This document shows positions 8,989 to 17,522 of a stretch of DNA of 64,000 nt, piece after piece. The first letter of the stretch is position 1. The number at the start of each line of letters is the position of its first letter. The position numbers were made by a program, and so were the translations under genes. This stretch comes from Candidatus Eiseniibacteriota bacterium (GTDB lineage Bacteria; Eisenbacteria; RBG-16-71-46). The notes beneath the pieces were generated by a model that saw only the letters and a program-made list of their open reading frames with translations, was not told where the DNA came from and searched no databases. The DNA is taken from contig DASTBI010000158.1 in the NCBI GenBank assembly GCA_035712145.1, forward strand, positions 74,945 through 138,944, read 5' to 3'.

Positions 8989-10313
8989 TGAAAGTCGCGA
9001 ACACCACGCTGGAGAAGAAGTATCACGATGCCGTCGAGCACTGGCGCCGGCACTGGATGCCGGACTACGAGCTCCTGATCAAGAGCTGGGACAAGTACTT
9101 TCCCAAGGACGAGGCGTTCTGCCTGTGCGCGAAGATGGAGATCGGCACGCCGGACACCGTCCCGGTCGGGGATCACGCGGGCGAGAAGAAGCGGCTGAAG
9201 CCCAGCGAGCTGACCGAAGAGGAAGCCCGGCATCTGCTGGCCATCATCCGCGCCCAGGCATCGACCGAGTTCGGCTCCATCCAGCAGCACGCCGGCACGC
9301 TGGCCCGCGCCCAGGACGATGAAGACCGCTTCTGGGTGATGCGGGTGATGGCGGAGGAGCTGCGCCACGGATATCAGATGTTCCACCTGCTCCTCTCCGA
9401 GGACTGGAGCAAGGCCTCCGGCGGCTTGAAGGGCGAGGATATGGTGGAGGAAGTGCTCTCGATGGGCACCGGCTCGCACGTCCTCGACGCCTTCAACCTC
9501 GACTACGACTCCTTCATCGACAACATCTGCTTCGCCGCTCTCATCGACCGGGTCGGCAAGTACCAGCTCACCATGCAGAAGGCCTGCGCCTACAAGCCCA
9601 TGGCCGACAGCATGCCGCCGATGCTGCGCGAAGAGGCCTTCCATCTCGCCGCCGGGGTCATCCCGCTCCGCCGCTGGGCGAAGCGAGCCGCCGAGGGCGA
9701 CCCCTACGTGACCATGGAAGCCATCCAGAAGTCGTTCAACAAGTGGTTCCCGCGCGCGCTGGAGATGTTCGGTGACGAGCGCGGCGGCGAGACCAACGTG
9801 AAGTTCGGCTTCAAGGACATGAAGAATCGCGAGGCCCAGGATCTCTACATCGAGGAGGTGCGTCGCATGGTGCGCGACATCAACCTCCGGTTCCTGCGGG
9901 CGCGCTTCCCCGGCCAGTCGCTGGAGGCCGTCGAAGGCATCCTCGACACGCTCGAGCGCGATCACGGACGCCACGATGGCGTGGCATGGACGGACCTGCT
10001 GCGATTGCCGGACGCTCGATTCTTCCGCCGCAAGGGCGAGCCGGCCTGGACGATGATCGGGGCCGATGGGGAGTCCTTCGCCGACGCCGACACCTACCTG
10101 CGCTATCTGGCCACTCAGCTCTCCGACGGGTACATGGCGAGCCGCGACATGAAGCTCTACGGGGACGGCCTTCGCAAGGTCGCCGCCTCGGAGTGGAGCC
10201 CGGCCGAGGCCACCCAGCACATGCCCAAGCTCCGCCGCGTGGGCGGCAACTGTCCTTGTTCGCGCGCCGTGCGATGGGTGGTCGACGAGCCCGCCGCCAA
10301 GCACCCGTCCTGA
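8985..10313 (+). CDS. Ferritin-like diiron oxygenase, PaaA/BoxB (phenylacetyl/benzoyl-CoA oxygenase) family-like
   Basis: Two E...EXXH diiron motifs (STEFGS...AEELRHG and LREEAFHLAAG), ~440 aa. No partner box/paa genes nearby. Confidence 0.45.
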   Translation: MMKVANTTLEKKYHDAVEHWRRHWMPDYELLIKSWDKYFPKDEAFCLCAKMEIGTPDTVPVGDHAGEKKRLKPSELTEEEARHLLAIIRAQASTEFGSIQQHAGTLARAQDDEDRFWVMRVMAEELRHGYQMFHLLLSEDWSKASGGLKGEDMVEEVLSMGTGSHVLDAFNLDYDSFIDNICFAALIDRVGKYQLTMQKACAYKPMADSMPPMLREEAFHLAAGVIPLRRWAKRAAEGDPYVTMEAIQKSFNKWFPRALEMFGDERGGETNVKFGFKDMKNREAQDLYIEEVRRMVRDINLRFLRARFPGQSLEAVEGILDTLERDHGRHDGVAWTDLLRLPDARFFRRKGEPAWTMIGADGESFADADTYLRYLATQLSDGYMASRDMKLYGDGLRKVAASEWSPAEATQHMPKLRRVGGNCPCSRAVRWVVDEPAAKHPS

Positions 10314-10334
10314 AGACTCCTTAGGCTTCCTTCC

Positions 10335-11933
10335 ATGCCGGCGCGCGGCGTCGTGGCCTACTTCTGCATGGAGTTTGGACTCGACGAGTCGTTTCCGATC
10401 TATTCGGGCGGCCTTGGCGTCCTCGCGGGCGACTTCGTCAAGTCTGCGCACGATCTCGAGCTCCCCCTCGTGGCGGTGGGTCTGTGCTGGGAACGCGGCT
10501 ATGGCGTCCAGCGGATCGATGAAGGCGGACGGCCGACCTACGAATACCCGCCAGTCGACCGCAGCTTCCTCGAGGACACGGGCGTCCGCGTGCGCGTCCG
10601 CGTGCGCGGCGTCGAAGTGCCGTGCTCGGTGCTGGTCACCACCCGCTTCGGCAACGCGCCTCTCTACATGATCCAGCCCTATCGGGACGAGCACCGCTGG
10701 ATCACGCGCCGGCTCTACGAGGCCGGCAACGACGTGCGCATCGCGCAGGAGATGCTGCTCGGGATCGGCGGCGTGCGGGCGCTCAACTGGCTGGGCTTCG
10801 AGGTGTCGACCTACCACTTCAACGAAGGCCACGCGGTGTTCGCCGGCGTGGAGATGCTGGCGGAGCGCATGGCCGGGGGCATGACGTTTCCCGACGCATG
10901 GGACGACACTCGGCGGCGCATCGTCTTCACCACGCATACCCCGGTGCCCGCCGGCAACGAGGTGCACGGCATCAAGGACCTCCGCCGCATGGGCGCCTGT
11001 CTCGAGCTGTCCGGCGCGGAGGTGCGCGCGCTCGGCGGCGACCCGTTCAACATGACGGCGGCCGGCCTGCGGCTGGCGCGCAGGGCCAACGCCGTCTCGG
11101 CGCTCCACGGCGAGACCACGCGCGCGATGTGGGCCAGAGTGGACAAGGCCGCTCCCATCGTGTCGATCACCAATGGCGTGCACCGCAAGACCTGGCAGGC
11201 CCCGGCGATCGCCGCCGCGGCCGGCGATGCGCGGTCGCTGCGTGCCGCCCGCCAGGATCTGCGCAAGGAGCTGGCGCTGGAAGTCGCGAGACGCAGCGGA
11301 CGCCCGCTCGTTCCCGAAGCCCTGGTGATCGGCGTGGCCCGGCGCGCCGCCGGGTACAAGCGCGGCGATCTCATCCTGCGGGACGAGGCGCGGCTCGAGG
11401 CTCTGATGGAAGCGCGGCCCGTGCACATCGTGTTCTCCGGCAAGGCACATCCTGACGACGCGACCGGACAGGCCATCGTCGCCCGCCTGGCGCGCGCCCA
11501 GCACGAGCACGAAGGCCGCGTGTGGTTTCTCGAGAACTACGACCTGGCGCTCGCGCGCCTGCTGACCCGCGGATGCGACGTCTGGCTCAATCACCCGGTC
11601 CGGCCGCTCGAGGCTTGCGGGACATCCGGAATGAAAGCGGCGCTGAACGGCGTTCTCAATCTCAGCGTGCTCGATGGCTGGTGGGCGGAAGCCTGCGAGC
11701 ACGGGGTGAACGGCTGGGCGATCGGGGACGAGCGCGCGGGAGAGGACACGAAGGATCTCCAGGCGCTCTACGATGTGCTCGAGCGTGAGGTGCTGCCGGC
11801 GTGGGCCGACCAGGAGCGCTGGACCACCATGATGCAGGCCAGCATCCTGACCGCGGAGCGCCGGTTCACCTCGGAGCGGATGGTGAAGGAGTACTTCGAG
11901 CGCCTCTACGAGACGCCGCCGCCCGTCGACTAG
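10335..11933 (+). CDS. glgP: Alpha-glucan (glycogen/maltodextrin) phosphorylase, short GT35 type
   Basis: N-terminal FCMEFGL...SGGLGVLAGD. PLP-lysine region GTSGMKAALNG. 532 aa. Confidence 0.85.
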   Translation: MPARGVVAYFCMEFGLDESFPIYSGGLGVLAGDFVKSAHDLELPLVAVGLCWERGYGVQRIDEGGRPTYEYPPVDRSFLEDTGVRVRVRVRGVEVPCSVLVTTRFGNAPLYMIQPYRDEHRWITRRLYEAGNDVRIAQEMLLGIGGVRALNWLGFEVSTYHFNEGHAVFAGVEMLAERMAGGMTFPDAWDDTRRRIVFTTHTPVPAGNEVHGIKDLRRMGACLELSGAEVRALGGDPFNMTAAGLRLARRANAVSALHGETTRAMWARVDKAAPIVSITNGVHRKTWQAPAIAAAAGDARSLRAARQDLRKELALEVARRSGRPLVPEALVIGVARRAAGYKRGDLILRDEARLEALMEARPVHIVFSGKAHPDDATGQAIVARLARAQHEHEGRVWFLENYDLALARLLTRGCDVWLNHPVRPLEACGTSGMKAALNGVLNLSVLDGWWAEACEHGVNGWAIGDERAGEDTKDLQALYDVLEREVLPAWADQERWTTMMQASILTAERRFTSERMVKEYFERLYETPPPVD

Positions 11934-11937
11934 CCGG

Positions 11938-12423
11938 TCAAGGCTGCTGGCCGACCGGCTCGATCGTCAGAAGCCATTCCACGTATTCCTCAGGGAGCCG
12001 GTGGTGCTGCGCGCCTCGCAGCAGCGCGTCGAGATACCGCCGCGAAGGCGCGGACGGATTGGACTGGCGTGGCAGGTACGTGGTCGCTCTCACCCGGCGG
12101 GGCGCCGAGCCATCCTCGGGACGCACCAGCTCGACGGTCACCGTCTCGCGCTCGTAGAGGTTGTGCTGATTGCCCGGGCCCTTCCACCCCTCGTGGGCGT
12201 CGAGGGCGGACTGATCCGCTTCGGTCAGCTCGTGGAGCACGCCCCACACCTTCTGGCCGTGCGCGTGCACCAGCCCGGCGACACCGCCTTCCCATCGGTG
12301 TGAGTACAGAGGAAATCCGAGGCGATGGTCGGGAATCATGGCCAGTCCGACCACGCGGTGGCCCGGACACATGGCCTTCATCTCGTTGGGATCCAGGTCC
12401 GATCCGTACGCGAAATAGTGCAT
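11938..12423 (-). CDS. Gamma-glutamylcyclotransferase (AIG2/GGCT-like) family protein
   Basis: N-terminal YFAYGSDLD motif typical of GGCT fold. Confidence 0.65.
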   Translation of the reverse strand: MHYFAYGSDLDPNEMKAMCPGHRVVGLAMIPDHRLGFPLYSHRWEGGVAGLVHAHGQKVWGVLHELTEADQSALDAHEGWKGPGNQHNLYERETVTVELVRPEDGSAPRRVRATTYLPRQSNPSAPSRRYLDALLRGAQHHRLPEEYVEWLLTIEPVGQQP

Positions 12424-12582
12424 GGCGGTCCTCGCGAGGCAGCATACTCCAGCGGAAGGGCCCGGCCTATCGCCGGGTTCCCGGGCACCGGGTTGAGCGC
12501 CCGCGCGGCACGCCGCTATGATGCCGCGTCCCCACCGTCACGCTCGTGGCGTGGATTCGATCCCGGAGAGTCTCGGCCACCG

Positions 12583-13311
12583 ATGTCCATCGATCTGCTC
12601 GTCTTTGGGCCGCATCCAGACGATGCCGAAATCGGCGCCGGCGCCACCCTCCGCAAGGTGAAGGCGCTCGGACATACGACCGGAATCGTGGACATGACGA
12701 CCGGCGACATGGGCTGGGGCACCCCGGAGGCCCGCCTCGAGGAGTGTGCGCAGGCCGCTCGCATCCTCCAGCTCGACGTACGCGAGAACCTCGACCTCGG
12801 CGATGGCCGCATCGAGGACACCTTCGAGAACCGGTGCAAGGTCGCGACGGTGATCCGCAAGCATCGCCCGCAGATCGTCATGGCGCCGTACCACACGCTG
12901 CCCATCGGCCGTGGCCTGGGCCACAACGACCACTACAAGACCGGGCAGATCGTGGCCAACGCGTACAACCTCGCCCATCTGCGCAAGGCCCCGATTCCGG
13001 GCGAGCCGCACCAGGCCAAGGCGATCTACTTCTACTTCCTGCCCCCCGGTACGCCGCCGACGTTCGTCGTCGACGTGACGGACCACGTCGAGGACTGGCT
13101 GGCTGCGCTCGACTGTCACCAGACGCAATTCCACAATTCCGAGCGTCCGCGTCCCGCGACGCTGCCGAGCGTTCGGGACGTGTTCGAGACCTACGCGCGC
13201 TATTGGGGATGGCAAGTCGGGGTGAAGTACGGTCAGGCGTTCCTCTCGACCGCCCCACTCCGAGTCGGCGACCCATTGGGTCTCGTGCGCGACGTGATTC
13301 CGCGACCCTGA
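12583..13311 (+). CDS. PIG-L/LmbE family N-acetylglucosaminyl deacetylase (BshB/MshB-like)
   Basis: LLVFGPHPDDAEIG PIG-L signature. The supplied ORF starts upstream, but homology begins at ATG 12583. Confidence 0.75.
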   Translation: MSIDLLVFGPHPDDAEIGAGATLRKVKALGHTTGIVDMTTGDMGWGTPEARLEECAQAARILQLDVRENLDLGDGRIEDTFENRCKVATVIRKHRPQIVMAPYHTLPIGRGLGHNDHYKTGQIVANAYNLAHLRKAPIPGEPHQAKAIYFYFLPPGTPPTFVVDVTDHVEDWLAALDCHQTQFHNSERPRPATLPSVRDVFETYARYWGWQVGVKYGQAFLSTAPLRVGDPLGLVRDVIPRP

Positions 13312-13324
13312 TCGCACGCCGCCG

Positions 13325-13354
13325 TTGACGCTGCGGGGGCGCGCATTCTAAAGT
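13325..13354 (+). promoter_or_regulatory. Sigma70-like promoter candidate TTGACG-N18-TAAAGT upstream of the carboxypeptidase gene
   Basis: -35 TTGACG at 13325-13330, 18-nt spacer, -10-like TAAAGT at 13349-13354. RBS GGGAGG at 13401-13406, ATG at 13413. Confidence 0.4.
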
Positions 13355-13412
13355 CATAGCCTGCTTAGCCGATACCAGGGACGGCATCGGATCCTCAACC
13401 GGGAGGTTCACC

Positions 13413-14360
13413 ATGTCGCTGCGCCTCCAGCGACCGTATTTGTTCCTGCTCCTCGCCTGCTCGATCGCCCTTCCGGCCACGGCCGCGGAATCGGCCCCCA
13501 TTCCGGACGCTTTCCAGCCCACCGTGCTCACCGCCTCGACCGGCGGGACCAAGAAGAAATCGACCACCCGCCGGAAGCGGCGGCGGGCGCGCCGCGCGCC
13601 TCCACAGGGAGGGGTCTACGCTCGTCACGCCGTGGTTCTCGATCCGTCGACCGACGAGATCCTGTACGAGAAGAACGCGGCCGTGACCGTGCCGATCGCG
13701 AGCCTCTCCAAGCTGATGACCACGATGGTCTTCCTCGAGCAACACCCCGATCTCGACCGCGAGGTGGAGGTGAAGCGCGTGGACATCCTGGGCGCGGGCA
13801 AGACGCACCTCAGGCCTTCCGAGACGCTGGCGCTTCGCGACCTCCTCCACATGAGTCTGATGTGCTCCGACAATGCCGCCACCCGGGTCCTGGTGCGCGA
13901 ATCGGGGCTGTCGTCGGAGGACTTCCTGGCGAGCATGAATCGCAAGGCCGTCGAGATCGGCCTGGCCCGCACCCGCTTCGTCGAGTTCACCGGACTCGAC
14001 GAACGGAATGTCTCCACGGCGGCCGATTGCGCGCGCCTGCTGCGCGCCGCGGCCGAGAATTCGACGATCCAGACCATCACGACGACCCGCTCGTACGAGT
14101 TCTACGGGCGTTATCGTTCCCGCAATCGTCCCCATGCGGTTTACAACACCAACCGTCTGCTGTACGGCCGCTACGAGATCCGCGGCGGCAAGACGGGCTT
14201 CATCTCGGAAGCCGGCTACTGCCTCGCGACCTGGGTGCACACCCAGAGCCGCGACATGATCGCGGTCGTCCTCGGCGCCCCGACCCCCGCCACCCGCTTC
14301 GCGGACGTCGTCCGCCTGGTTCAGAAGACCTCGGCACCCAGCGCCACCCACACCAACTAG
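13413..14360 (+). CDS. D-alanyl-D-alanine carboxypeptidase (peptidase S11, low-MW PBP)
   Basis: Signal peptide. SLSKLMT (SxxK), SDN and KTG active-site motifs. Confidence 0.8.
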   Translation: MSLRLQRPYLFLLLACSIALPATAAESAPIPDAFQPTVLTASTGGTKKKSTTRRKRRRARRAPPQGGVYARHAVVLDPSTDEILYEKNAAVTVPIASLSKLMTTMVFLEQHPDLDREVEVKRVDILGAGKTHLRPSETLALRDLLHMSLMCSDNAATRVLVRESGLSSEDFLASMNRKAVEIGLARTRFVEFTGLDERNVSTAADCARLLRAAAENSTIQTITTTRSYEFYGRYRSRNRPHAVYNTNRLLYGRYEIRGGKTGFISEAGYCLATWVHTQSRDMIAVVLGAPTPATRFADVVRLVQKTSAPSATHTN

Positions 14361-14366
14361 CGCGCG

Positions 14367-15143
14367 ATGCGCGCCCGCGACCGGGTCGATTCCCTGCTCG
14401 GGGGCGCGCTCGCCGGCTTCGGGAGCGGGCTTTTCGGGGTGGGCGGCGGCCTGCTGCTGGTTCCGATCCTCACCCGCCGCTTCCATTGCTCCCAGCATCA
14501 GGCGCACGGGACCTCCCTGGCCGTGATCGGGCTCACGGCGCTGGCCGGAGTCGCGGTCTACGCCTGGCACGGCCACGTCGAATGGGCGACCGCCGCGGTG
14601 GTCGCGGTCGCCAGCGCGATCACGGCACGCTTCGGCGCCCGTCTCACCACACGCTTCTCCTCGGTCGGGCTCTCCCGGGCCTTCGCGCTCTTCCTGGTGG
14701 TCGTGGCGATTCGCCTGCTGCTCAGGATTCCCGAGCCATCGGCCGTCTCGTTCCATCAAGGCTGGACCGGGCTCGCGGTCGACCTGGCGCTCGGAAGCGG
14801 CGTGGGGCTGATCGCCGGCTTCATGGGGGTCGGAGGGGGCATTCTCGCGGTCCCGGTCTTCACGCTGGCGCTCGGCATGACGCAACAGGCGGCGCAAGGC
14901 ACGTCACTGGCCGTGATCATGGTGTCCGGCCCCGCGGGCGCCATCGAGCACGCGCGCCATGGACACGTCGTCGGCTCGCTCGTGCCGATGCTCGCGATCG
15001 GTTCCCTGCTGGGCGCGCCGCTCGCGTCCTGGGTCGCTCAGCTGCTCCCGCACGCAGTCCTCGTGCGCAGCTTCGCCGTGTTCCTCCTGATCAACGCCGT
15101 CCTCACCTGGGTGCGACCACCTCGGCAGAGCCGCCCGAGCTGA
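14367..15143 (+). CDS. TauE/SafE (DUF81) family sulfite/anion exporter membrane protein
   Basis: Two internally repeated halves with GxGGG motifs (FGVGGGLLLVPIL / MGVGGGILAVPVF); polytopic. Confidence 0.7.
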   Translation: MRARDRVDSLLGGALAGFGSGLFGVGGGLLLVPILTRRFHCSQHQAHGTSLAVIGLTALAGVAVYAWHGHVEWATAAVVAVASAITARFGARLTTRFSSVGLSRAFALFLVVVAIRLLLRIPEPSAVSFHQGWTGLAVDLALGSGVGLIAGFMGVGGGILAVPVFTLALGMTQQAAQGTSLAVIMVSGPAGAIEHARHGHVVGSLVPMLAIGSLLGAPLASWVAQLLPHAVLVRSFAVFLLINAVLTWVRPPRQSRPS

Positions 15144-15367
15144 CCTCCACCGGCGGGTGAGCTGACCCAAATCGTGGCGATCGAGAGTCAAAGCGACCCA
15201 GTCTATCCCAGAAGCGAGCGTCGGGAGCGCGGTCAGCCGGCGTATTCCGCCCAAGCGTCGCAACGAGTTGCGGCATTTGTCCCACTCCGGACCTCGGCGG
15301 CCGGCGAATTGCATCTCATAAGCGGAAAACGACGGGTTGTCTGCTCCCCTACCACTCCAGGAGCCCG

Positions 15368-17140
15368 ATGCCCAAGTCACCACGGAAACCCGCGCCACGC
15401 CTCGCGGCGGATGGACTCCCGCGCGTCGCCGGCAGAACGCCGCCGCCGCGAAGCAGGGAAGGAATGCTGTCGGTCGGCAGCCCGCTGCCGGTCGAAGTCG
15501 CACGCCAGGCGCAGCGCGAGATGGATCGCCTTCGCCGGCTCCCGCCGGGAACGCCCGAAGCCGCGCAGGTGCGCGTCTATCTCCACTGGCTGTGGTCGCT
15601 GCCCTGGGACATCACCTCGTCCGAAGATGCGGACCTGAGCCAGGTCGAAGCGGTCCTGAACCGCGACCATCTCGGTCTTCCCAAAGCCAAGGAGCGCATC
15701 CTCGAGTATCTGGCGGTGCGCCAGCTCAAGCCCGACCTTCCCGGACCGGCGTTGTGCCTCGTGGGTCCGCCGGGAACCGGCAAGTCCTCGATCGGCGCGG
15801 CGGTGGCGCGCGCGCTCCAGCGGCCATTCGCGCGCATCAGCGTCTCGGGAACATCCCATGTCGAAGATCTGATCGGAATCTCGCGCAATGTTCCCGGCGG
15901 GCAGCCGGGCAAGCTCCTGCGCGCGCTGCGTGACGCCGGCACCCGCAATCCGGTCCTGATGATCGACGGCGTCGACCGGCTCCACGGCGAAGGCGGATTC
16001 GAGATCATCGAGATGCTGCTCGAGCTGCTGAACCCCGAGAGCAGCTGCCGCTTCACCGACCGCTATCTCGGCCTGCCGGTGGATCTGTCCCACGTCATCC
16101 TCCTCCTGTGCGCCAACAGCATCGACTTCGTCCCGGACGCGCTCGAGGAGCACCTGGACGTCATCGAGGTCCCGGGATACAGCGAAGAGGAGAAGCTCGA
16201 GATCGCGCGCCGCTTCTTGCTGCCGCGGCAGCTGGCCGCGCACGGACTCACCGCTCGCGACCTCACGGTCTCCGAGCCGGCGCTGCGCGAGGTCGTGCGT
16301 CACTACACACTGGAAGCGGGCGTCCGCGGCCTGCAGCGGCAGCTCGCGACGCTGTGCCGCAAGGTCGCGAGGGCACGCGCCATGGGCAACCGCGCACGCC
16401 ACGCGGTCGGCCCGCAGAGTCTCGAGCGCTACCTCGGTCACCGCCTGTACGCGCACGAGGCGCTGGACAAGGAAGACGAGGTCGGCGTCGCCAACGGCCT
16501 GGCCTGGACCGCGGCCGGGGGCGAGATCCTGGTGGTCGAGGCGCTGAAGATGCCGGGCTCCGGTCGCGTGCTCACCACCGGGCAGCTCGGCGAGGTCATG
16601 AAGGAGTCGGTGCAGGCGGCGCACTCCTACGTGCGCTCACGCGCGGACATGCTCGAGATCGATGCGGAGGCCTTCTCGAACTACGATATCCACATCCACT
16701 TTCCCGCCGCCGGCGTACCGAAGGACGGCCCCTCGGCGGGCATCACCGTGGGGCTGGTCATCGCCTCGGTGCTCAGCGACAAGCCGATCCGTCACGATGT
16801 CGCGATGACGGGCGAAGTGAGCTTGCGCGGCAGGGTGCTGGCGGTGGGAGGCCTGCGCGAGAAAGCGATCGCGGCCTATCGGGCGGGCATCCGGGCGCTG
16901 ATGTTCCCGACCGTCAATCTCAAGGACGTCGGCGACATTCCCGAAGACGTGCGCGCGCACCTCGAGCTGGTCGCGGTCGCGAACATGGACGAGGTGTTCG
17001 CCGCGGCTCTGCACAAAGTGATCGTTCCGCAGCGCGTGGCCGGGAACTTCGTCATCGAGATCGACGACGACGAGGAAGGCGAAGTCGAGATCGACACGTC
17101 GGAGCTCGGCCGCTCGGCGCGCGGCTCGCGCCGGCGTTAG
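15368..17140 (+). CDS. lon: ATP-dependent Lon protease (LonA-type AAA+ and S16 domains) lacking the N-terminal LON substrate domain
   Basis: Walker A GPPGTGKSS. S16 catalytic region KDGPSAGIT with downstream Lys. N-terminal segment VRVYLHWLWSLPWD...ERILEYLAV aligns to E. coli Lon residues ~270-320, not to the N-domain. Confidence 0.8.
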   Translation: MPKSPRKPAPRLAADGLPRVAGRTPPPRSREGMLSVGSPLPVEVARQAQREMDRLRRLPPGTPEAAQVRVYLHWLWSLPWDITSSEDADLSQVEAVLNRDHLGLPKAKERILEYLAVRQLKPDLPGPALCLVGPPGTGKSSIGAAVARALQRPFARISVSGTSHVEDLIGISRNVPGGQPGKLLRALRDAGTRNPVLMIDGVDRLHGEGGFEIIEMLLELLNPESSCRFTDRYLGLPVDLSHVILLLCANSIDFVPDALEEHLDVIEVPGYSEEEKLEIARRFLLPRQLAAHGLTARDLTVSEPALREVVRHYTLEAGVRGLQRQLATLCRKVARARAMGNRARHAVGPQSLERYLGHRLYAHEALDKEDEVGVANGLAWTAAGGEILVVEALKMPGSGRVLTTGQLGEVMKESVQAAHSYVRSRADMLEIDAEAFSNYDIHIHFPAAGVPKDGPSAGITVGLVIASVLSDKPIRHDVAMTGEVSLRGRVLAVGGLREKAIAAYRAGIRALMFPTVNLKDVGDIPEDVRAHLELVAVANMDEVFAAALHKVIVPQRVAGNFVIEIDDDEEGEVEIDTSELGRSARGSRRR

Positions 17141-17144
17141 CTCC

Positions 17145-17519
17145 TCAGGGCTCCGAAGCCTCCACGTCCTCGTCCCGAACCGAACCACCTTCGGCCAGCG
17201 CCTGGAGATAGTCCGCGATGATGCTCCGGGCTTCCGCGGCGCAGGAACGCGCCACCAGAATCTCCCCCCAGGCGGACGTCGACCAGTCGCGCCGCACGGT
17301 GCCGTAGCCCGGCAGCGTCGCGGCGCGCAGCACTGCCGGAAGCCCATGGTGCTCGAGGATTCCGCACAGCAGGGCGCCGGCCACGGCGTCGGGGACGCGA
17401 TGCACGACTTCGGCCACATCGTCCTCGCGCGTGCGAGCCGGCTCCAGAACGGCGCGACATCGCGGACACGCGACCACCGCCGGAGGGTAGTGGCTTCCGC
17501 ACTCCGGACACTCGCCCAT
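17145..17519 (-). CDS. Small zinc-ribbon plus DUF2007-like protein
   Basis: CPECG...CPRC zinc ribbon. DUF2007-like pattern after it. Start is 3 nt downstream of the aminotransferase stop (operon). Confidence 0.5.
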   Translation of the reverse strand: MGECPECGSHYPPAVVACPRCRAVLEPARTREDDVAEVVHRVPDAVAGALLCGILEHHGLPAVLRAATLPGYGTVRRDWSTSAWGEILVARSCAAEARSIIADYLQALAEGGSVRDEDVEASEP

Positions 17520-17522
17520 GGC

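Noticed and set aside
8823-11702. 959-aa ORF antisense to the GNAT, diiron oxygenase and glgP genes
   Set aside because: Spans three well-supported plus-strand genes. Low-complexity Arg/Ala/Gly composition typical of antisense frames in high-GC DNA.
12540-12580. tRNA T-loop-like GTGGATTCGATCCCGG
   Set aside because: No complementary acceptor or T-stem partners and no anticodon arm. It lies inside the 5' leader/start region of the PIG-L gene. Not a tRNA.
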